From: an uncultured virus (IMG/VR IMGVR_UViG_3300020578_005267) | Lineage: Duplodnaviria; Heunggongvirae; Uroviricota; Caudoviricetes | Virus record (IMG/VR): IMGVR_UViG_3300020578_005267 | Reading direction: 5' to 3' (one strand) | DNA: 64,000 nucleotides | In this document: piece by piece, positions 56,918-64,000 of the stretch | Layout: each line of letters starts with the position of its first letter | How positions within the stretch are numbered: position 1 is the stretch's first letter | The notes under the pieces: generated by a model | Databases searched by the model: none | Seen by the model: only the letters and a program-made list of their open reading frames with translations | What the model was told of the DNA's origin: nothing | Made by a program: the position numbers and the translations under genes

Positions 56918-59692
56918 CATTTTTTTCCAATCAGGATCGGCCAATTCATACATATAGTCAGGCCGCAAACCTCTTTTATTCCAATAATCGAGTTCTTGCT
57001 CTGTTATATCAAGGACATCTTCTTTCAGTTTGTCTTGATCAATCTCTTCAAATGGCTGACCATTTATGAGATCACACTGAGCTTTGGTGAATATACCCCT
57101 CTGTTCAGGATCATCAACAATTAGACCATCTCGGACTTCTTTTTTAAAACACACCAATAGTGGTTCTATTCTTTTATTAAACGTGGTTATAGATCTTGGT
57201 ACATTATATTCACCTGTAAGGTTCGGGTTCGTTTCGAAAATATTATCATCGAGCAAATAGCAATTGACAACGACACCCTCTGTAATAGGTTTATATTTTG
57301 GATTCATGTTGATATTGTACTGATTGGTATCTTTGATTTGTTTTGCGGTCATTTTTTGAACGTCTCCTTGTGAAGCTTTTTTTCCGTTGTTCACGTACAA
57401 GATTACGTCACCAAGATTTACATTCAAATTATTTTGTATTGCTAATTCCATATGAGCCATTCTACTCATACTGTTTCCCGCCTTTGTTTTTTGTGTTAGT
57501 CTTTTTTTATAGTCATCCAAAGTTAATTTAACCCTCGCTCTTTGTGCTATCTTAGAGAGTGGAATTTTTTGGTCGAATATTTTTTGTAGATATTCATAAT
57601 AGTATTCAATAAACTCTCGTCCTTGCCCTTCGAGTAACATTCTAATACCTTGATCCAAAAACTCCTCGATGTATATGGGGAGTTTTTTTGATTTTATAGA
57701 ATTACCTGTTAGCTTTATCTTCCCATTGGCATCCATGACCGCGTAGTTTTTTCGAGCTAAATTAATACAAGAGGGCCAAAGTCCATCTGTGTCGAGAGCC
57801 ATTTCACCCCTCATGAAAATATCGTTATATTCCGCTACGTCAGCGTCAGCACCTGTGTATTCTTTACCAAAATTAACCTTCCAATTCAGACCCCTACCGA
57901 TGTATTTGTGAGTGTCCACGTCATTCGGACTCGAGAAATTCACACCATCAGTATCCATAACAAGTGGAGTGTAGCCTTTGGTCATAAAAAACTGAATCAT
58001 TTGACGAAGATATTGTCTCCCTGTGCATGTAATCTGTTCACCCATGTACATGTCACCCCAAGCAAATACTTGTGGAGCGGATAGTGCACCAAACATCGAG
58101 TTGATGAATATTTTAATTGGTAATTGTTTATTTGAATATGACGCTGATAATTGGGGATCTGTTGTGTAATACTCCTCGGCAAGTTGTTTATATCTGATAC
58201 GAGTGTCACGAAAATATTTAAGCATTCCTCTCATTCCACCCGTCACATCACAATCAGGAAAAACGTCATGTACAAGTTGGATAGATGGGTATAGAGACGA
58301 GAAATCAAGTTTTAGCACATTTTTACTATATCCAACTTTAAGTAGTCGTGAAAGACCTCCAACAAATTCGGTCTTATCTTGTTTTGCGGGTATCGGGAGT
58401 CCATGTTTGTAAGACCATGCGATCATTAACATCTTCCATAAAGTTGCGGTACCCATTGTGGACACTCTTTCATAGGTTGTTGGAATCATGGATGCAAGTA
58501 AAAAAGAAGCTTGATTGAATTCCTTATCAACAGCTAAAGTTTCTTCCAAGTCATCATCAAGATATTTTTCAACAATTTTATCTCCTGTTGTTCGAATATA
58601 AACATCTTCTCTTTTCTCACAAATTATGTCGACATTTTTATCTTGACCAACTTTTTTATACTTACCATTATGTATGTTAAGCCAGTATTCCTCTTTCTTA
58701 GAATACATCTTTCCAATATCTGCGTGTTCGATGTATACACGGTCTTTTGCTTCTTTATTTATAAATTTTGTGATGTATTTAAGACCCGCTGCTTTAATAC
58801 TTGAGTTGATTGCTTGGGCCCTACGAACAGCATGAATAATATCAATGACATTATAACCCCATATTGAAGTTTGTAGGTAGTCCTCAACTTCGTTTGCAAG
58901 TTTTAAAATACTTCCCTTCCTTGTATATGAATGACTTGGATTTAACGATTTGACTGCCTTCCTCATATCAATACCAAGCCTTTGAGCTCTTTCAAAGATC
59001 CAATGCCAGTCAAAGTTGGCTGAATTATATCCACCGATTATGCTCGGCTTTATTTCATCGATTATATTCAAAAACTCCAAAATTGCTCCTTTCTCTTGAG
59101 ATTCATCCAAACATTCAATTACTTTATGATAACCTTTATTAGTTTTGATTCCAATCATAAAAATTCGTCCATCTTTCGGATCCAATGCGTCAGTCTCCAA
59201 GTCAAATACCAATCTTGTAACATCATCATAATTGCTAAATCCTTTGAATAATCTTTTTTCTTTTACAATAAAATATTGCTCCACAGGAGGAAGAATTAAG
59301 ATCTTATCTTTAGCCGTTTCACTCCAAGGGTCAAAATTACCATCTCTAAAGAATTGTATAAGTTCTCTGTAACCTTTCAAAGATTTTATCATAAACGTAA
59401 GACCTTTTTCGAGTCTTTCGTTATCATGGGTGTCTAATTTCTCTATTACAATTCCATACTTGGACATGGCTTCTTTTTGTGCCATTTTTGACCCATTATA
59501 GAAATTTATATTTCTTAGATCTCCAACCCAAGCAAAAGGAGTAAAAGTATCTTTTCTAATTTCTTTACCTTTACCAGGTATCTCTTTGATTTTGAAAATG
59601 GAGTTTGAAACGTAATCAAACTCAATAGCAACTATAAATTGTTCGTCGTCGTTTCCCTGTAGGAACGATTCAATTTCCTCGTTAGTAAACAT
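56894..59692 (-). CDS. Family B DNA polymerase with 3'-5' exonuclease
   Basis: Exonuclease FDLETD and GYNSANFDW; polymerase motifs LDFSSLYPS, KIFINSMFG, MDTDG and RKNY. Confidence 0.93.
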   Translation of the reverse strand: MFTNEEIESFLQGNDDEQFIVAIEFDYVSNSIFKIKEIPGKGKEIRKDTFTPFAWVGDLRNINFYNGSKMAQKEAMSKYGIVIEKLDTHDNERLEKGLTFMIKSLKGYRELIQFFRDGNFDPWSETAKDKILILPPVEQYFIVKEKRLFKGFSNYDDVTRLVFDLETDALDPKDGRIFMIGIKTNKGYHKVIECLDESQEKGAILEFLNIIDEIKPSIIGGYNSANFDWHWIFERAQRLGIDMRKAVKSLNPSHSYTRKGSILKLANEVEDYLQTSIWGYNVIDIIHAVRRAQAINSSIKAAGLKYITKFINKEAKDRVYIEHADIGKMYSKKEEYWLNIHNGKYKKVGQDKNVDIICEKREDVYIRTTGDKIVEKYLDDDLEETLAVDKEFNQASFLLASMIPTTYERVSTMGTATLWKMLMIAWSYKHGLPIPAKQDKTEFVGGLSRLLKVGYSKNVLKLDFSSLYPSIQLVHDVFPDCDVTGGMRGMLKYFRDTRIRYKQLAEEYYTTDPQLSASYSNKQLPIKIFINSMFGALSAPQVFAWGDMYMGEQITCTGRQYLRQMIQFFMTKGYTPLVMDTDGVNFSSPNDVDTHKYIGRGLNWKVNFGKEYTGADADVAEYNDIFMRGEMALDTDGLWPSCINLARKNYAVMDANGKIKLTGNSIKSKKLPIYIEEFLDQGIRMLLEGQGREFIEYYYEYLQKIFDQKIPLSKIAQRARVKLTLDDYKKRLTQKTKAGNSMSRMAHMELAIQNNLNVNLGDVILYVNNGKKASQGDVQKMTAKQIKDTNQYNINMNPKYKPITEGVVVNCYLLDDNIFETNPNLTGEYNVPRSITTFNKRIEPLLVCFKKEVRDGLIVDDPEQRGIFTKAQCDLINGQPFEEIDQDKLKEDVLDITEQELDYWNKRGLRPDYMYELADPDWKKMSGLFQPI

Positions 59693-59702
59693 AAATCTTA
59701 GC

Positions 59703-59786
59703 GAGTGGTTTATTGGCTTTCACACAATTGTGAAATTTACCTTACTCATCTACAATAAATATAAAAAAAGAAAACCTATCGTCAAA
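59703..59786 (-). promoter_or_regulatory. Promoter plus structured 5' leader of the DNA polymerase gene
   Basis: TTTG-N19-TATATTTA (59786-59756); nested stems GAGT(AA)GGT/ACCACTC and TTTCACA-ATTG-TGTGAAA ending 10 nt before the ATG. Confidence 0.55.
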
Positions 59787-60164
59787 CTAGCAACAACCTT
59801 CTGAAATGAAACTTGGTTGCACGTTAATAAACAATTGTTCTCGAATTGGGAGAATCAGATTACCTTCATCACTGCTAAGTAGGAATTGACCTTCATATCT
59901 ACCCGGTGTGTTTGTCTGCATTGCGGTAAATTGGAAATATACATAATACTCCGTAGGTGTTCCAAGCTCAGCGTAAGTTTTTTCAACAATACTTGCAGGA
60001 GCTGATACTACTTTGGGTATACCTGTTGCTGTGTTGATCATGCTGAAAAATATATTTGACACTTCCAATAAATTCATGAATGTGACATAATCACTTCTAC
60101 CGTCCTTGACAATTTGCATTTTTAGTAATGGCAGTGTTGCATTTTGCAATATAAAAAATTCCAT
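59787..60164 (-). CDS. Small Ig-like (BppU N-terminal-like) putative structural protein
   Basis: FFILQNATLPLL...YFQFT...TNTPGRYEGQFLL...LILP pattern; TATTTAT motif upstream. Confidence 0.55.
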   Translation of the reverse strand: MEFFILQNATLPLLKMQIVKDGRSDYVTFMNLLEVSNIFFSMINTATGIPKVVSAPASIVEKTYAELGTPTEYYVYFQFTAMQTNTPGRYEGQFLLSSDEGNLILPIREQLFINVQPSFISEGCC

Positions 60165-60167
60165 ACA

Positions 60168-60175
60168 AATAAATA
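60168..60175 (-). promoter_or_regulatory. TATTTAT putative phage late-promoter motif
   Basis: 3 nt before ATG 60164. Confidence 0.55.
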
Positions 60176-60181
60176 TATTCG

Positions 60182-61864
60182 TTAGGATTCTTTACGTAAG
60201 CTTCTTTCGTAATGGTCAAATCTATTGTGTTCAGTTGGTGTCATAAGAAGAATACCCGCGTAAATTCTATCTTTCTTCATTTCTTGATATATGTGAGACA
60301 TCCAAGTTTGTTCGTAAGGTCTTGCCCAAGTTGTTTCTAAGAACATTTTTTTATTTCCTTGTTTCGATACTATTTGTGGCCAATTACAATAGTATATTTC
60401 TCCAATTCCATATGGTATCCCCTGATAGGTGTTGACTAAATAAAAACTTGTTTTGGGTGCATTTGGATCCAATCCTAAATCAGGTAATCTTTTGTTGTTC
60501 GGCCAAAACTCCTCTCTTACGGATTGAGGTACATTGTACCATGCCCATTGAGTTCCATTGTCACCAAAAAATTCTGTGTAGTTCATTTTCATGAAATCAA
60601 AAGACTCTTTATGCATTATTTCCAATGTCTTCAAATATAAGTTTGGTGCATATCTATTGAATCCATTTCTACAAACCCCACCGTCTAAGTAGAAAAACAT
60701 ATCATCTTCAAAAAAATGCATATATTCCAAATCTGTTTTTTCGAAGTGTTCCGCGATGAACTGTCTTCCACCACAAATACCCAAGTTGCCATTTTCAGGT
60801 ATTATCTGCTCAAACCCATATCGATTACACAACTCCTCATACTTTTGAAAAGTTGAATTATCGGTTGAGTTGTTCAATAAAAACTTTTTAGGCATTTCCA
60901 AAAAATTTTTATCATATTTTTCCATGGACTTAATCAAAGTTTCGAATTGATTTGGACTATTAAACGTGATTACATACAACCCAACTTTTTTTGGGTCCAA
61001 GGGTTGTTGGGCTATCCCATTCATCTTGAACTCTGTTTTAGGTTCCAATCTGTCATTCTTCAAATCTTCAAAAAACTTACCCAACAAACCATTACCTTCA
61101 ATTTCAAAATAATTTATAAGGTCTGCGTTTTTATAACACATGATACTAAAAATAGATTCCTCAGTACCCATGTATCCATCTCTCAACGTAGTATTCAATA
61201 GATTGTAATATATTCCATTAATTTCAGATATTGTCTCCTTAGGTCCGCCAAAAAAACCACCACGAGCAACTCTTTCGACCTTAGCCCCAGCAATCTCATT
61301 CATTTTATTAAACTCGAATCCGTGTATCTCTGTGTTTGCCTCATAAGGAAAGCATATGAATGAGAACTTGGTAATATATTTTGACAACTTATCTAATACA
61401 TGATCGTGAGTAAAATACCCTGGATGTACTGTGTTAGTTATTCCACCATCCAGCCAAAAAAGATATTTGGAATTAAACCTGTCCATGATTTTTGCATCAT
61501 GTAACAAAAACATTTTGGACATAACCAATGGATTATAAAGTTCAAGTCTTGACTGAGTGGACTCTGATAACCAACCGGCCAAATTTTTCCATTTAGTATT
61601 ATTTCTGATAGTTTGTATGTTGTTGTAGAATTCGTTCTGTTTAAACCAACTAACGTCTCTCACAATGAATTGAGTTTTATTAGGGTCCCTTTTTTTCGAA
61701 ACAATCTCTTGCAGTTTTTCATCACCATAAATTATCATATTAACATCAAAGTCTAAAAGTAAATCAAATCTTTTAGTGTAATGAGAATATGAACGAGACC
61801 ATCCTTCAGTAAGATCTTCCCTACCGATGTCCCAAATGCCAGTCACAATTGTAATGTCACTCAT
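60182..61864 (-). CDS. Two-domain glycosyltransferase (HtrL/WlaTC-like N-terminus plus GT-A-like C-terminus)
   Basis: ITIVTGIWDIGR, LFWLDGG, GGFFGG and GTEESI motifs; second domain NLGICGGR...FFEDD. Confidence 0.7.
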   Translation of the reverse strand: MSDITIVTGIWDIGREDLTEGWSRSYSHYTKRFDLLLDFDVNMIIYGDEKLQEIVSKKRDPNKTQFIVRDVSWFKQNEFYNNIQTIRNNTKWKNLAGWLSESTQSRLELYNPLVMSKMFLLHDAKIMDRFNSKYLFWLDGGITNTVHPGYFTHDHVLDKLSKYITKFSFICFPYEANTEIHGFEFNKMNEIAGAKVERVARGGFFGGPKETISEINGIYYNLLNTTLRDGYMGTEESIFSIMCYKNADLINYFEIEGNGLLGKFFEDLKNDRLEPKTEFKMNGIAQQPLDPKKVGLYVITFNSPNQFETLIKSMEKYDKNFLEMPKKFLLNNSTDNSTFQKYEELCNRYGFEQIIPENGNLGICGGRQFIAEHFEKTDLEYMHFFEDDMFFYLDGGVCRNGFNRYAPNLYLKTLEIMHKESFDFMKMNYTEFFGDNGTQWAWYNVPQSVREEFWPNNKRLPDLGLDPNAPKTSFYLVNTYQGIPYGIGEIYYCNWPQIVSKQGNKKMFLETTWARPYEQTWMSHIYQEMKKDRIYAGILLMTPTEHNRFDHYERSLRKES

Positions 61865-62741
61865 CTATTTTGTTTAATTCTGTTAATATTTTATAGAAAC
61901 TTTTATTTCTTTCAAAAAGATTTGGATCAGTACCTGGCGGGCAATTATCTTTACACCACCATATGTCAAAATGTTTACGTTTAAATCTATCAAAGTGATT
62001 GAAATACATCAAAGTCATAATTTGCTCCTCCATCGGTAAATTTTCATCTGCATCTTCCAAAACTTTTTTCAAGTAATCTTCGAAAGTTGTTACTAACCAA
62101 TTCCAATTTTCTTTTCTTCCACCAAATAGACCACCTATGATATGTATAGATCTGTCATAGCTTGTGTAATATTTTTTATCGACGGTTCCAGACCAATAGT
62201 TTCTATCGTTTTCTTTACCTATCATAAAAATTTTATCATCAGTAAATTCTATTAGATTTTTCAAAAAATCATTCTGAAATAAATTTGACTCGTAATACTT
62301 TCTCTGTACTCCTTTATCCGTTAGATATTTCAAGGGTATCAAACCACAATGTGACAATCCAGCATCTATCCAATAGTAATGATCATAAGAGCCATCTTCA
62401 TTCCACCACCAATGAAACTTCGAGAACTGAACTTCAACACATCTATCAGATTTTCGCACTTGTTCGATATTCTTTTTAGAATTAATTATATTTTTGAATT
62501 TAGTCTCGTACAAATCAAAAACTTTAAACTCGATTTTTTTTGGATCAATCTTATGGACATCGTAGAAAAAGATTTCTAGCTCTGACTTTTCATCTTCTGT
62601 CGTATAACATACAAAAACAGAGTCTGTCATTTTGAGAAGTGACAATAAACTATATCTGTAATGACTTCCTCTAGCGGGTCTACCACCTAAATCTGTTCCA
62701 TTTAATTTTGAATATATTGCTGTTATAAATTTAACTGACAT
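61857..62741 (-). CDS. HtrL/WlaTC-like glycosyltransferase
   Basis: YWIDAG, IGGLFGG and MEEQIM motifs, paralogous to the next gene's N-terminal domain. Confidence 0.65.
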   Translation of the reverse strand: MSVKFITAIYSKLNGTDLGGRPARGSHYRYSLLSLLKMTDSVFVCYTTEDEKSELEIFFYDVHKIDPKKIEFKVFDLYETKFKNIINSKKNIEQVRKSDRCVEVQFSKFHWWWNEDGSYDHYYWIDAGLSHCGLIPLKYLTDKGVQRKYYESNLFQNDFLKNLIEFTDDKIFMIGKENDRNYWSGTVDKKYYTSYDRSIHIIGGLFGGRKENWNWLVTTFEDYLKKVLEDADENLPMEEQIMTLMYFNHFDRFKRKHFDIWWCKDNCPPGTDPNLFERNKSFYKILTELNKIDE

Positions 62742-63474
62742 TATAATCTATGTGTTTTTGTGTACTTTTTATTTCCTCTGTCCTTTCCTGGTATAGGTAA
62801 TAATCATCAATTTTTACAGGTGAATATTGGTTCCAATTGTAAACCTGTGTATAATAATTATTATACATTCCATGGGATACGTCGGAATAGGATCTTCTCT
62901 GTGGTGCAATGGGCACTATAGGGCAATAACTCTGTTTTATTGGATAAATGAAGTGTGCTAAGTATCCATCAATAGGGTAATAATAATCTCCACTCGTGAA
63001 TGCAGTTGTTGATATATTGAACATTTCGTCGTACACGGACTCGTCATATATCATCATGTTGGTCGCAAAAGTTTCTGCATTGTCATTATTTTTCCTTGGG
63101 GGTAATTCTGTTATATCCAATAGTAGGTTGTATTTTTCACTACGGTTTACGTTCCTATTGAGTGTTGGGGTAACGTTGAAAACTGAAAACTCTATTCCCT
63201 CTATTTGTGATTCTAATTTTTCTAAGAATGATTTGGCATAAGGCATGAATATACAATCATCTTCAATTACCATAACCCTCTTGTATCCTCTGTCCTTTGC
63301 AATTTTGATACATTCCAAATGTGATAAAGTACAACCCATATAACTGTTTCTGTTTATTGCACTAAACCTTTCATAGGACCAACCAATATAATTCATCTCT
63401 TTGTTTATGAGTGATAAATTTTCAGGTCTATGGTCAAGATTTATAACAAACTTAGCTAATTCTGAAAATTTCAT
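62731..63474 (-). CDS. Glycosyltransferase family 25-like
   Basis: VINLDHRPE, ERFSAI, GCTLSH, VIEDD, PIDG and SYSDV motifs. Confidence 0.85.
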   Translation of the reverse strand: MKFSELAKFVINLDHRPENLSLINKEMNYIGWSYERFSAINRNSYMGCTLSHLECIKIAKDRGYKRVMVIEDDCIFMPYAKSFLEKLESQIEGIEFSVFNVTPTLNRNVNRSEKYNLLLDITELPPRKNNDNAETFATNMMIYDESVYDEMFNISTTAFTSGDYYYPIDGYLAHFIYPIKQSYCPIVPIAPQRRSYSDVSHGMYNNYYTQVYNWNQYSPVKIDDYYLYQERTEEIKSTQKHIDYNVS

Positions 63475-64000
63475 TAGCTTACATGATTGTGAGTAAGTTG
63501 TCCTGTTAATCTCTCACACCATCCTTTTGATTCTGAGTGAGGCCAAACCACCCAATACGATGGCATAAAATCTGTCTGAAATTCTCTCCAAATTTTACAA
63601 TATTTGTCAGGATCTCTGAAATAACCTTGTATTTCATTTTTGTCTGAGTCTTTCCTAAAAAGTGTTTCATCGTTAGGACCGTGGAATGCAACTACCCAAA
63701 AATCATAATCCTTTTCAGGTACTCTGTCGTATCCAATATCGATACAGTGTTTGTAAAGTTTAGTGAAATCATTTTTCCAATCTTCTTCAGTTGCGTAGTT
63801 GTAAGGATTTGGAGGATAATTTTTATCTAAAGTGTATTTTTGTACTGATCTTTTCTCAAATAAAATACCGGCATATTTCTCATATTCTTTTAATGTTCTT
63901 ATAGGTCCAAACCCATAAGGTCCATCATGACCTTCTTGAGTTTCACCGTCCATACCGAATAATCTTCTATTTGTCAAATGACTTTTTTGGTTTTTTTTAA
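63474..64000 (-). CDS. C-terminal part of a probable GT60-like (polypeptide GlcNAc-transferase) glycosyltransferase; 5' end outside the window
   Basis: Frame is open to the window end (KKNQKSHLTNRRLFG...). YGFGPIRTLKEYEKYAGILF resembles the C-terminal YGxGxxRTLxxYExxxGIxF motif of that family; lies in a GT cluster. Confidence 0.55.
   Translation of the reverse strand, partial: KKNQKSHLTNRRLFGMDGETQEGHDGPYGFGPIRTLKEYEKYAGILFEKRSVQKYTLDKNYPPNPYNYATEEDWKNDFTKLYKHCIDIGYDRVPEKDYDFWVVAFHGPNDETLFRKDSDKNEIQGYFRDPDKYCKIWREFQTDFMPSYWVVWPHSESKGWCERLTGQLTHNHVS

Noticed and set aside
21945..59692. Inteins or introns in the RNR, helicases, RecA or polymerase
   Set aside because: Lengths are ordinary, catalytic motifs are contiguous, and no intein termini or homing-endonuclease motifs were seen.
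1..64000. Stop-codon reassignment (TAG/TGA recoding seen in some large phages)
   Set aside because: Conserved genes are full length in the standard code, and TAA, TAG and TGA all end genes at expected positions.
1..64000. tRNA, rRNA, known riboswitch or diversity-generating retroelement
   Set aside because: Intergenic gaps are short and AT-rich with no cloverleaf seen, and there is no reverse transcriptase or TR/VR pair. This was judged by eye, so tRNAscan/Infernal would be decisive.

Overview
This AT-rich, densely coding window comes from a large (jumbo-type) contractile-tailed dsDNA phage with T4-like gene families. It uses the standard genetic code and most genes are on the minus strand. 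It carries a tail/baseplate/neck module: sheath, tube, gp25- and gp6-like wedge, gp53/LysM-like, hub, tape measure, gp26/gp51-like chaperones and gp13/14/15-like neck proteins. Putative fibre/adhesin genes include a Gly-Ser-Thr triplet-repeat protein missed by the ORF track, a mucin-like Thr-Pro protein, a SprB-repeat protein and a PKD protein. The replication/recombination genes are class II RNR, DnaB-like helicase, 5'-3' exonuclease, RecA/UvsX, gp32-like SSB, SNF2 helicase and family B polymerase. There is also an Mn-type SOD fusion and a glycosyltransferase cluster. SprB repeats, leaders lacking Shine-Dalgarno sites and a TAnnTTTG-type promoter suggest a Bacteroidota host (inference). The most notable observations are: (1) a type-1 copper (cupredoxin-like) domain between two collagen-like G-X-X tracts; (2) a probable +1 programmed frameshift at TTT_TTT_CGT joining the gp26- and gp51-like ORFs; (3) a strand-oriented TATTTAT motif, the reverse complement of the T4 late promoter, upstream of about 16 genes; (4) SOD fused to a PD-(D/E)xK-like domain; (5) a possible phage-encoded mucin-type O-glycosylation system. 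All family calls are by eye from motifs; no database search was run.
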